From: Octopus sinensis
Lineage: Eukaryota
DNA length: 64,000 nucleotides
Direction of reading: 5' to 3'
Assembly (NCBI RefSeq): GCF_006345805.1
Contig: NC_043013.1
Span: 38,006,001-38,070,000 of the forward strand
Part shown: piece by piece, positions 51,400 through 64,000 of the stretch
How positions within the stretch are numbered: position 1 is the stretch's first letter
Layout: each line of letters opens with the position of its first letter
Translations under genes and position numbers: made by a program
The notes under the pieces: generated by a model
Databases searched by the model: none
Seen by the model: only the letters and a program-made list of their open reading frames with translations
What the model was told of the DNA's origin: nothing

Positions 51400-52160
51400 G
51401 TGAAGCTGCAAAGTTAGGGTATTGCACTTGCGATTGCTAGATCTTAAGCTCAAATCCGGACCGGTCGCCCGGCGCGTTGTGTTCTTGAGCAAAACACCTC
51501 ATTTCATAGTGTCCCAGTTCACTCAGCTATTAATGGGTAATTCTGAGATGGAATAGCCTTTCGGTCAGGAGTAGTGGGTGTTAATTACCCAGCCAGTGGG
51601 CTGGCATCAATTTAAAGCTGAATAATGGGAAGCGCATTGTGACCAGCGATGTATAACAATATCCGATAGGCTGGTCGATACCGTGATATCACAAACTAAT
51701 TTAGGACGGCGAGATAGCAGAATAGTTAGAGCACCGGGCAAAATGCTTACCAGTATTTCGTCCACCTTTACCTTGCCGAGATGGACTTTGCCTTTCGCAG
51801 TCGATAAAATAAGTACCATTCGAGAACTGGGGTCGATTTAATCGATTCGCCCAGTTTCTGGAAATTACTGACCTTGTGTCAAAATGTGACATATTAGTAC
51901 AATATTAGTACAATAATAGCACAATATTAGTACAAGTGTGTGAGGCGATGCGCTGGCAGAATCGTGAGGACACCGGGGAAAAGCTTAACGGCATTTCGTG
52001 CTTCTTTACATTCTGTGTTCAAGTTCTCCCGGGGTCAACTTTGTCTTTCGTCCTTTCGGGGTCGATAAAATAAATATTAGTTGATCACTGGGGTCGATGT
52101 AATCGACTTACTCCCTCCTCCCAAACTGCTGGCCTTGTGCCAAACTTTGAAACCAATATT
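51400..52160 (+). mobile_element. Cluster of three SINEs (one A/D-like, two family B)
   Basis: gttgtgttcttgagcaaaacac body, then two ggcgag...gtcgataaaat copies. One has an atattagtaca tandem tail. Confidence 0.7.
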
Positions 52161-52794
52161 AGTACGAGTATGGATGCGTAAAACATTTGTACTCGGTGCC
52201 CTAATACGGCCGTTGACCGATGACCAAAAGAAGCAATAGAGTAAAAGAATATGCAAAAATTGGAACACGTTGTATGATCGCAGTTTGAATCTTCCTAATT
52301 GGACTTGATAAGCGCCACTAATCAAGGAAAATCGCTAAATCGGGCATCATACCAAATTCTTATTATAGACATTATGCACAATACAAAATTCAATGCGTAG
52401 GAGCGTTTATTTTATTATCTTTTTCCTTCTTATTTTGCCTCAGAATACAACGTATTTTTTTTCTCTACAATTTGCGCTTTCTATAAATCATGTTACTGCT
52501 ACTATTGCTGCTACTGCTGCTGCTGCTGCTACTACTACTACTACTACTACTACTATACTACTACTGTTCTTGTTGTTCTGGATACTGTGCAGTCGTTACT
52601 ATTGATGTTATATAGCTTTTTTTAAAATTCCTTTTGTTATGCACATCATTATTTAAGATGCAAAAAATGATATATATTTATAGGCATGTACACATGCACA
52701 CATTCGTGGACGTAAATACATACATACATACATACATACATACATACATACATACATACATACATACATACAAACATACATACATACATGCATA

Positions 52795-52908
52795 CAGAGG
52801 GGTGCAAAGGTATGTATACAGTTACGAAAAAAGAAAACATGTACAAATTAAAAGTTACAATAAAAGTGTTACTATAGTTATGATAAATGTATTATTATGA
52901 TTAATGAC
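52795..52908. mobile_element. Left part of the MITE family seen at 44277, interrupted by a SINE
   Basis: ta|cagaggggtgcaaaggtatgtatacagttacgaaaaaagaaaac aligns with 44277-44400. Confidence 0.6.
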
Positions 52909-52911
52909 GGT

Positions 52912-53140
52912 GGAGGCACATGGCTTAGTGGTTAGAGCAGCGATCTTGCGGTCGAGGGATCGCGGGTTCGAATCTCAGACCGAGCGATGTGTGTGTTTAT
53001 GAGCGATACACCTAAGCCTCACGCGGCAGACAGAAGGTAATGGCAAACTTCTGCTGACTTTTTCGCCACAACGTTCTCTCACTCTTTCCTCCTGCCTCTT
53101 GCAGCTCACCTGCGACGGACCCGATGTCCCGTCCAGGCTT
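52912..53140 (+). mobile_element. SINE family E with short tail
   Basis: ggaggcacatggcttagtggttagagcagcg...gggttcgaatctc head, ending cctgcgacggacccgatgtcccgtccagg. Confidence 0.8.
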
Positions 53141-53262
53141 TAAAAGAAAATAAGTACTGGGATCGACAATTCCACTAAAAATTCCTCAAGGCAGTACCCC
53201 AGCATGGCCGCAGTCTAATGACTGAAACAAGTAATAGATAAAAAGATAGATACAAATATATG

Positions 53263-53309
<47 letters not shown>

Positions 53310-53373
53310 ATATAGATATAAATAGATAGATAGATACATACGTACATACATACATGAATGCATAGAAAAAACA

Positions 53374-53765
53374 AAATGCCCATTGATGAACCTCTGTTTG
53401 AATAGGAATGTTGTATATAAGTTCACCCGACATGCAAGGTGAGGATTGTACGTTTACATTGGTGCAAAAGCTGATATGTTCAAGATCCGATATCGAAACC
53501 ATGTCACCAGCTTCAATTAAATCAGCAAGAGATACACGACAGCTTTGACTGATTTTGTGTGGCATTTTAAGGCGGTTAGGATTAAATATGATCTCACTTG
53601 GTCCATAATAAGACATGCACAACTGTACGATATCTTTTTCCAGGAGATGGCGACTGTACTCTAAGGAATCGCAATCCAGTTTGTGGACCAATGTGACGCT
53701 CATAAATATGGTCTCTGAAAGAATATGAAGACGCTTGCATGCCACTAAATGCACTTTCGCACGAT
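53374..53765 (+). pseudogene. GIY-YIG endonuclease remnant of a Penelope-like element
   Basis: My own translation (absent from the ORF track): CPLMNLCLNRNVVYK...*GLYVYIGAKADMFKIRYRNHVTSFN*...TTALTDFVWHFK...YDLTWSIIRHA. This matches the CPL..C...VY / YIG / FK.RY.NH..SF pattern of PLE endonucleases. Confidence 0.8.
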
Positions 53766-54590
53766 ACAGTGGGCATGAATTAGAATAACCGTTTACTGCA
53801 TTAATAACCACACTCTACCTAAATGCATGGATGAATGACCGCAAACTCTCCATCTTTATAAACACAATACCACCCCATCACTTACATACCTCTTGGCCAT
53901 CATATATTGCTTCAAGTGAGAAAAATACTAACTTCAGTCTCTCAAGAAATATCCTTCACTGTGGGATGAAAACCTACGCCTATCCACACTGGATATTCCA
54001 ACCCTGGCATCGATGCTTTCTTCAGTTTATCGGTTGTTTCATTTACCATTCATTCAACAAATGCACAACCACTGTGTCAGTATTTATATCCATATTTATA
54101 ATCTTTTATATCCATATTTACAACTTTTATAAGTATACCAGCCAGACCCAGTGAACCGCATCACAGAATTTGTGAATCTTCACCAAGTGGAGTTATATTC
54201 CTAGCCAGTAATTATCACTGACTTTATTAATATCTACTTAATTCTATGTGCGGGCCTATGTGTATCAAAACCACGTGTGTGTTTGTACGAGTGAGTGTAC
54301 GTGCGCCAGACTACGTGTGTGTGGGCGTTTGTACGTCCTTATATATTAGCGGTTATATCGAATGATGTTTTGCAGTATTACGTATGTTTCTTTCCGTATC
54401 TGATATTTGTTGTGTATCTTCTATAAGAATGAAGCCGTATACCTTAATTTACCACTTCTATATACCAAGACCAAGAAAAAATCTTGCAAAAAAAATTATT
54501 TTAATGAGATACCTCTTGATATTACCTCAGAAGACACATCTACATTGAAGGATACGCCTAAACCAGTTGTTCAGCAACCCGACCGCGATG

Positions 54591-54627
54591 GATCGATGCG
54601 AGATAGGTCGAAACAATTGTAGCGATC
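54591..54627 (+). ncRNA. Degenerate hammerhead motif downstream of the GIY-YIG remnant
   Basis: GAUCG|AUGCGA|GA-uagg-UC|GAAA|CAAUUG|UA|GCGAUC. The stems and palindromic stem III fit, but the core is damaged. Confidence 0.4.
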
Positions 54628-54723
54628 AATGAAGATTCTCGTATCTTCCATCTTCCGTCTCTCTCTATTAATTACATACCTAACGAACACTGAACTAGTG
54701 AACGGCAAACATACATACATACA

Positions 54724-54811
<88 letters not shown>

Positions 54812-54881
54812 CATAAATACAGAGCGACAGCTTGATAGATATTCATATATACATACAAACATGCATACGTACATATATATA

Positions 54882-54912
<31 letters not shown>

Positions 54913-54945
54913 CATACATATACATGTATATATTATATATATATA

Positions 54946-54984
<39 letters not shown>

Positions 54985-55549
54985 CGTATATGTGTGTGTA
55001 TGTATGTATATATATATCCATACATACACATACACACATACACACATACACACACACACATATGCACATGGTCGCCATTACACCATTATACCACTTTCAA
55101 CGCTTCTGAAGGTCAATTCGTTAGACAACGATGTACGTACATGAAAATCTAGTTAACTTAATCCCACCACATTTTCTACCAATACCACCACTACCACTAC
55201 CGACAACAACAACAACAACAATGACACCATCATTACTAGAGCTCTCATCACCATTACTACCACACTACCACCACCACATCCACTAGTTATCATCATCATC
55301 ATCATCATAGTCCTAACTATGCACAAACGATACATTTGTATTTATAAGTGTGTGTATATGTGCGTTCGTGTGTGCGACTGTACGTGTGTCTGTATGTGTG
55401 TGTTTGAGTGTGTGTGTGTGTGTGGTGTGTGTGTGTGTTTCACCCTGATGAGTTCTTAATTGGATTAAATAGAACAATTGAATGACAAATAACAGAGAAG
55501 GCGACCTTAAATAATAACGCTTCCTTTCTCTCGCTTTCTCTAATTTCAT

Positions 55550-57220
<1,671 letters not shown>

Positions 57221-57365
57221 ATAATGAACGCCGAAGAATTTTAATTTTTCATTCAAATGTTAGCACAGAGGCTAGCAATTTTGAACGGGGGAGGGCGGAG
57301 GGCAAGTCGATTATATTGAACCCAGTATATCACTGGTACGGAAGGCTGAAAATCAAAGTCTTCCT

Positions 57366-57550
57366 TGTAAGATATATTTTCATCCACCCCTAGATACCTG
57401 TAACATTCCTCGTCAGATACAGGGGAAACAGTCAAATCATTGATGGAGATGTCACTAGTCTGGGTTATAGTTTTCCCCCTTTCCACCAACATATAACAAC
57501 ATTTATCCTAACCAAACTCCATGCCTGCGTTCTTTGAGAATGTTGAAACT
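57366..57550 (-). mobile_element. Internal RT fragment of a further R4/Dong-like element
   Basis: GMEFG*DKCCYMLVERGK...CYRYLGVDE parallels MQFGIDKCEKATFIKGK...YKYLGVIE of family A. Confidence 0.7.
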
Positions 57551-59010
57551 AAGTGAAGGCTCCTTTTTTATCTCGTGCTTATTCTTTGCCTAAAGTATGT
57601 ATGTATGTGCGCATGTATGTGAGCATGCATGTATGTATGTGTACGTATGTCTATATGTGTGTATGCATGTACGTAAGTATGTACGTATGTATTTATGTAT
57701 GTATGTATTTATGTACGTATGTATGTATGTGCGTACGTACGTGTATGTATGTATGTATCATATGTGCGTATGTGTACATGATTGATACGTTTAGAAATAT
57801 TGTATACTTAAATGTGTGTTAGCATCTGTACGTGTTAGTTTATAACTGTACTTTAGACCTGGTGAAAGTGGCTATGCCCGTAGCCTTCACAATCTTTCTG
57901 ATATCACTGAGATTGGGGTGTTTATCTTCCTATTTAAAATGTTGCAAAACGGAGCCATAATTTGCTTTCAAACGTATAAAGAATGGCGTATATATTCGCA
58001 TTAAATATGTGATTCTTCTGTTTGGATTTTGACGCTCTTATTTTTTACATTTACATGTGAAACACCGCGTAACGTTACATTGCGATTGATTTCTTTTACG
58101 TTTGATTGTTCTGCCAGAAGAGCACACGTTTTTCACATATTAATTGAATTGAAACCAGTATATAACTCGTACATTTTATGGACTAACGATGAATGAAAAG
58201 ATAAGTTAATGCCCTGCATAATTTCGAATCAGGATCTAAAGCAAGCTTGGACAACATTTTGTGAGAAGCGGGCCATGTGAAACATACTCATCATTTGGTG
58301 GGGCCGGACTATAAAAATACTATAAAAATGTTATTGGGTTCCCTTTCAGAAATTGCTGCTGGCCTCAGTTTGTTCATGACTGATCTAAAGAGACCTTGTC
58401 GTGGGCAAAATCCCTTACTGTTTTTAGTTACAAGACTTCTTCCGGCCCTTTACATTCTGAGTTCAAGTACCACCAAAATCGATTGTAGTTTTTACCCTTC
58501 TCCGCAGCTAAGGTCTATGTAATTGATTTATACATCTTCCCTAAATTTCTATCTTTGTGCCTCTGCAAGAAGTCAATAATCACCAAATTCGAATTATCGG
58601 AATTGTTAGAGCGTTGGACAAAATGCTTTTCACTATTATGTTACGATTCTTCACATTATAAATTAAAAATTCAAAGGTGTTAATTTGGCTTTTCATCCCT
58701 GCCGGATCGATAAACAAACTGTGGCACAATTAGGCATTAGTTAATCGACGATACACTATAGTGAAATTTGTGCTTATGATTAAAAACTCAACTCAGTGTT
58801 TCAAATCTCATTTTTGTTTTTGTTTTTTTTGTTTCATGGACGAAGGTGAATGGCAGATATTTTCCCAGCTACTGGAGTTACCGAGAAAGTTTTAATCTTC
58901 TACAACATCTATGGTATTTTCCATAAGGAATAACAAAAGTTTCACTGTTGCTGCTGCTGCTGCTGCTACTACTACTACCAATACAACAAATAATAATGAT
59001 GATGATGATG

Positions 59011-59107
<97 letters not shown>

Positions 59108-59243
59108 AATAATAATAATGATAATAATAATGATAATGACAATGACAATGAAAATATTATTTTCTCTTGGAAAACACCACCGATGTTGTGAAAGAGTATT
59201 ATTATTGTTTATTATTATTATTATAATTATTATTATTATTATT

Positions 59244-59797
59244 GAGTGAGAGAGCTGTTCATGCCATCAAAGTGACACTGGGGTAAAATATACGAAGCCC
59301 AATATACCCATCACGACTACCCGTCTGATAAAGGTACACCAGGCACATGCATCACAAACATATGTGCGCGACATGGTGATCTCATATCAAGATAAACAGC
59401 ACATGACCTTGCAGGTGGGTCCCAGTTAGAATTTTCTTCAGGTTGAGTAGCCCATCCCGCTCAAACGGTCCCTGAATAAGGGTTGTTTAAGGATGTTGAA
59501 AGAACCACCCATGTTTCCAGAGGTGAATTATTCAAACCCCAAAGAATCCCTCTCAACACATGGCTATGATGCTCCCCCACTACTTCTGCTCGTGATCAGA
59601 GATGCACATATCGTCAGCCACTAAGGGACATGCTCAACTGGTTAAGGTCAAACAACTGACAAGCAAATCTGTGGTATTGAGCAGAATATTTGCTGTAGCC
59701 CATCTTTTATACCAAGACAAAACAATGTACATGATAACACTTCCAATCAGTTAAGATCAGAAGCCATGAGAGCCACTGCCTGGTACTGCATCAGGGC

Positions 59798-59798
<1 letters not shown>
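59244..59798 (-). mobile_element. Element X, complete 555-bp copy
   Basis: (att)n|gagtgagagagc...ctgcatcagggca|t(tta)n. Confidence 0.9.
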
Positions 59799-59828
<30 letters not shown>

Positions 59829-60295
59829 GAGTGAGAGAGCAGTGCATGCCATCAAAGTGACACTGGCGTAGAACATACGAAGCCCAGTATACCCATCATG
59901 ACTACCCGTCTGATAAGGGTACACTAGGTACATGCATCACAACCATATGTGCAAGACATGGTGATCTTATATCAAGATAAACAGCCCATGACCTTGCAGG
60001 TGGGGCCCAGTTAGAATTTTCTTCCGGTCCAGTAACCCATCCCGTTCAAAAGATCTCTGAATAAGGGTTATTTAAGGATGTTGAACGAAACACCTTATGT
60101 TTCCACAGGTGATTTATTCAAATCTCAAAGAATCCCTCTTAACACATGGCTATGATGCTCCCCCACTATTTCTGCTCGAGATCAGAGATGCGTAGTCCAT
60201 CTTTTACACCAAGACAAACCAATGTACATGATAACACTTGCAATCAGTTGAGAACAGAAGCCACGAGAACCACTGCCTGCTACTGCATCAGGGCA
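59829..60295 (-). mobile_element. Element X, copy with ~90-bp internal deletion
   Basis: Same two termini as 59244-59798, separated from it by ~30 bp of (ATT)n. Confidence 0.88.
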
Positions 60296-60343
60296 CTTAT
60301 CATTATTATTATTATCATTATCATCATCATCATCATCATCATT

Positions 60344-60386
<43 letters not shown>

Positions 60387-60402
60387 TTATCATTATTATT
60401 AT

Positions 60403-60614
60403 TTTCTTTTTATCACAACTTTTGTTGGAACCTCTCTGGTCTTGCATGCGTATCGGGCTTGCTACCTGCAGCCTAGGGCACTATGCTGTCCATTCTTTTT
60501 CACCTATCTAATAGTTTCCTGATTATTTTTGCTGTGCCAGAGACAAACATTTTATAAGGATTCTACTAGGCACTCTGTTTCAATCTAACAGTTCTACTGG
60601 GCACTCTATGCCAA
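60403..60614 (-). mobile_element. 3' end of a third R4/Dong family (family C)
   Basis: Minus strand encodes ...SGTAKIIRKLLDR*, compared with LLGTAHILRRTLSIQ* in family B. Short UTR, (ATT)n on both sides. Confidence 0.65.
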
Positions 60615-60673
<59 letters not shown>

Positions 60674-60734
60674 CATCATCATTATTAGTAGTAGTAGTAG
60701 TAGTAGTAGTAGTAATAGTAGTAGTAGCAGCAGC

Positions 60735-60773
<39 letters not shown>

Positions 60774-60842
60774 GGTGGTGGTGGTGGTGGTGTTGGTGGT
60801 GTCGGTGGTGGTGATAGTAGTAGTTGTAGTAGTAGTAGTAGC

Positions 60843-60910
<68 letters not shown>

Positions 60911-61070
60911 TAGAGTTACACAGAAAAGCGTTATTGTGAAGTGAGTGTGGAAAAAAAAAATTTTGAAATCAAGAAAAATGCTATACTAATGATGCATGCT
61001 ATATCTGCTATGCACTTATATCAGACTCTATGCATGGCTGTATGTGTGTATGCGTGTGTGTGCGTGTCTG

Positions 61071-61101
<31 letters not shown>

Positions 61102-61529
61102 CTGTGGGTGTGTGTGTGTGTGTGTGTACGTTTCATAACATATTGACTGCATTATGGTCAGCTGGTAATGTTTCCTATTATCAACGTTTGAATTATTGCT
61201 ACTTTAATTCAGTCGATGTGTACGACACGATGATCGCCAGGTGTTTTAGTGTCTTAACAACACCCTACATCCACCAACACATTCACAGCTCCTACACCTG
61301 CCCATGCCACAACTGCTGACCACTACAATGGCGACGAGGACGGCTACGACGGCGACGGCAACAACGCCGTCACCCTCACCGGGATCGCATAAGCTCTAGC
61401 ATAAGCTAAATATATTTCAGTGTTAACCATACGTTTGTCTTTGTGCATGTATGTATGTAAGTATGTATGTATCTGTGTATGTATTTATGTATGTATGTGT
61501 GTATGTATGTATGTATGTATGTATGTATG

Positions 61530-61560
<31 letters not shown>

Positions 61561-61740
61561 GTATGTATGCATGTATGCCTGTATGTATGTATGTATGCAT
61601 GTTTGTATGCATGAATGTAGGTATGGATATATATATGTATGTATATATTTGTGTGTATGTGTGTATATATGTCTACATATATATCTATAGTTATACACAC
61701 AGGTAGACATGCATACATACATACACACACATATATAAAT

Positions 61741-61775
<35 letters not shown>

Positions 61776-61928
61776 CATACATACATACATACTACATACA
61801 TACATACATACATACATACATACGTACATACATACATAGATATACATGAACATATACATACACACACACATACATATATAAATATGTATACATGCAAATT
61901 TATTCATATGCATATATTTGTATGTTTG

Positions 61929-62300
61929 GAGGAACAATGGTCCAGTGATTAGGGTAGCAAACTCGCAGTCGTAGGATCGCGGTTTCGATACCCAGACCGC
62001 CAGTTGTGGGTGTTTAATGAGCGAAAACACCTAAAGCTCCACGAGACTCCGGCAGGGGATGGTGCCGAATCCTGCTATACTCCTTCGTTACAACTTTCTC
62101 TCACCGTTCTTTCCTGATTCTGTTGTGCCAGCCTTGTCACACACTGTGTCACGCTGAATCATGAATCATCTTGAGAACTACGTTAAGGGTACACATGTCT
62201 GTGGAGTACTCAGCCACTTGCACGTTAATTTCACGAGCAGGCTGTTTCGTGGATTAGATCAACTGGAACCCTCGTCGTTGTAACCGACGGAGTGCCACGA
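61929..62300 (+). mobile_element. SINE family E with a third tail type
   Basis: Same head and body as 5995-6190, then gggtacacatgtctgtggag...gacggagtgcca. Confidence 0.8.
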
Positions 62301-62374
62301 TGATATTTGTATGTATGTTCATCTATGTGTATGTGTGTGCGCGCGCGCTTCATCTTACGTCATCTATATGCATG

Positions 62375-62845
62375 TATTCTCGAAAGAGTCCAGAAGCTGG
62401 CTACCTGCATGGTTCTTGGTCTCAAGAATTTGTCTTATGAAGACCGGTTGAAGACGCTCGAACTTTATTCTCAAGAAAAACGACGACGCCGTAGTGATCT
62501 CCTTCTTGCTCACAACATCATAAGCGGAAAGTTTAACCTCTCGAAAGAGCTGTTCTTCACTCCTGCTCCAGAGCGTCGGCTGCAGGGTCACTCCGAAAAG
62601 CTCTATCTGCGTCGATTTCATCTCAATCGAAGGAGAGGGGCTTTCTCCGTCCGGGTTGCGGATCCGTGGAATAAGCTGCCGGACGAGATGGTGAAGATGT
62701 CGACGACCGCTCGGTTCAAAGTCTCCCTTGACCACAAGTGGCCTGAACTCTTTACATGAACACCACCCTGTACATAACTCCATGTCCCCCTACATGGCCT
62801 TGTCTTTGCTTTTTGAGCCCAAAATTAACTAACTAACTAACTAAC
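62375..62845 (+). mobile_element. CR1-clade LINE 3' end with (TAAC)n tail
   Basis: LERVQKLAT...LSYEDRLKTLEL...RRRRSDL...FSVRVADPWNKLP...FKVSLD, then a short UTR and ttaactaactaac. Confidence 0.88.
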
Positions 62846-62933
62846 ATACGATGTATATGTAATTCATACAGAAATATTTGCTTTAACAAATATACACATA
62901 GTTATAAATACATACATACATAAAGATATGTGC

Positions 62934-63128
62934 CTAGGCGCAGGAGTGCCTGTGTAGTAAGTTGCTTGCTTACCAACCACATGACTCCGGGTTCAGTCCC
63001 ATTGCGTGGCACCTTGGGCAAGTGTCTTCTATTATAGCCTCGGGCCGACCAAAGCATTGCGATGGATTTGGTAGATGGAAACTGAAAGAATCCCATCGTA
63101 TATATGCATATATATTATATATATATAT

Positions 63129-63188
<60 letters not shown>

Positions 63189-63388
63189 TGTACGTATGTG
63201 TGTGCGTTTATGTGCTGACAACCGATGGTGTGTGTGTTTACGTCCCCGTAACTTAGCGGTTCGGCACAAAAAGACCGATAGAATAAGTACTAGTCTTACA
63301 AAGAATAAATCATAGGGTCGATTTGCTCGATTAAAGGCGGTGCTCCAGTATGGCCACAATCAAATGACTGAAACAAATAAAAGAGTAC
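62934..63388 (+). mobile_element. SINE family C, complete
   Basis: Homologous to 36758-37165. Confidence 0.85.
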
Positions 63389-63389
63389 A

Positions 63390-64000
63390 GAGTATATTTC
63401 TTTATTGCCCACAGGGGGTCAAACACAGAGGGAACAAACAAGGACAGATAAAGGGATTAAAACGATTACATCGAACCCAGTGCGTAACTGGCACTTGATT
63501 TATCGACCCCGAAAGGATGAAAAGCAAAATCGACCTCGGCGGAATTTGAACTCAGAACGTAGCAGCAGACGAAATACCTATTTCTTTATTACTCACAGGA
63601 GGCTAAACATAGAAGGGACAAACAAGGACAGACATAGGTATTAAGTCGATTACATCGAACCCAGTGCGTAAGTGGTACTTAATTTAGGCGGTGAGCTGGC
63701 AGAAATGTTAGCACGCCGTGCAAAATGCGTAGCCGTATTTCGTCTGCCGCTACGTTCTGAGTTCAAATTCCGCTGAGGTCGACTTTGCCTTTCATCCTTT
63801 CGGGGTCGATTAAGTAAGTACCAGTTACGTACTGGGGTCGATATAATCGACTTAATCCGTTTGTCTGGCCTTGTTTGTCCCCTCTATGTTTAGCCCCTTG
63901 TGGGTAGTAAAGAAATAGGTACTTAATTTATCGACCCCGAAAGGATGAAAGACAAAGTCGACCTCGGCGGAATTCGAACTCAGAACGTAGCGACAGGCAA
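63390..64000. mobile_element. Array of SINE family B bodies in alternating orientation
   Basis: Minus-strand copies at ~63390-63685, a plus copy at ~63686-63920, and a minus copy running off the window. Confidence 0.82.

Noticed and set aside
53215-53811. 198-aa minus-strand ORF as a gene
   Set aside because: It is the antisense shadow of the plus-strand GIY-YIG remnant and ends in microsatellite.
59740-59798. HDV-like ribozyme or U1-derived head at the inferred 5' end of element X
   Set aside because: P1/P2/P3-like pairings exist, but there is no room for P1.1 or a J4/2 catalytic C. The U1 resemblance (tacc.ggcag.gg) is too short to call.

Overview
AT-rich, extremely microsatellite-dense eukaryotic DNA. 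A cephalopod (octopus-like) origin is inferred from the style of the SINE families and the repeat landscape and is not proven. I can support no intact host protein-coding gene, and most ORFs in the track are microsatellite translations. The window is mainly a mobile-element landscape: (i) R4/Dong-clade non-LTR retrotransposons of at least three families (Myb-like domain, RT, CCHC knuckle, restriction-like endonuclease) sitting in (TAA)n tracts, including one apparently full-length copy with seven 23/24-bp repeats at its 5' junction; (ii) Tx1/L1-clade LINEs, one embedded in (GATA)n on both sides; (iii) a ~555-bp non-coding element with fixed ends and no tRNA head, found five times and almost always in (ATT)n; (iv) Penelope-like element (PLE) debris, namely a GIY-YIG remnant and several minimal type I hammerhead ribozyme motifs whose core reads CCGANGA rather than CUGANGA; (v) a tRNA-Gly(TCC) gene inside a Helentron/HINE-like element; (vi) dozens of tRNA-derived SINEs, mariner/CR1/L2 remnants, two long hairpins and an 817-bp tandem duplication. 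All coordinates were read by eye and are approximate to a few bases unless an exact motif is quoted. SINE family letters A-E and 'element X' are my own labels.
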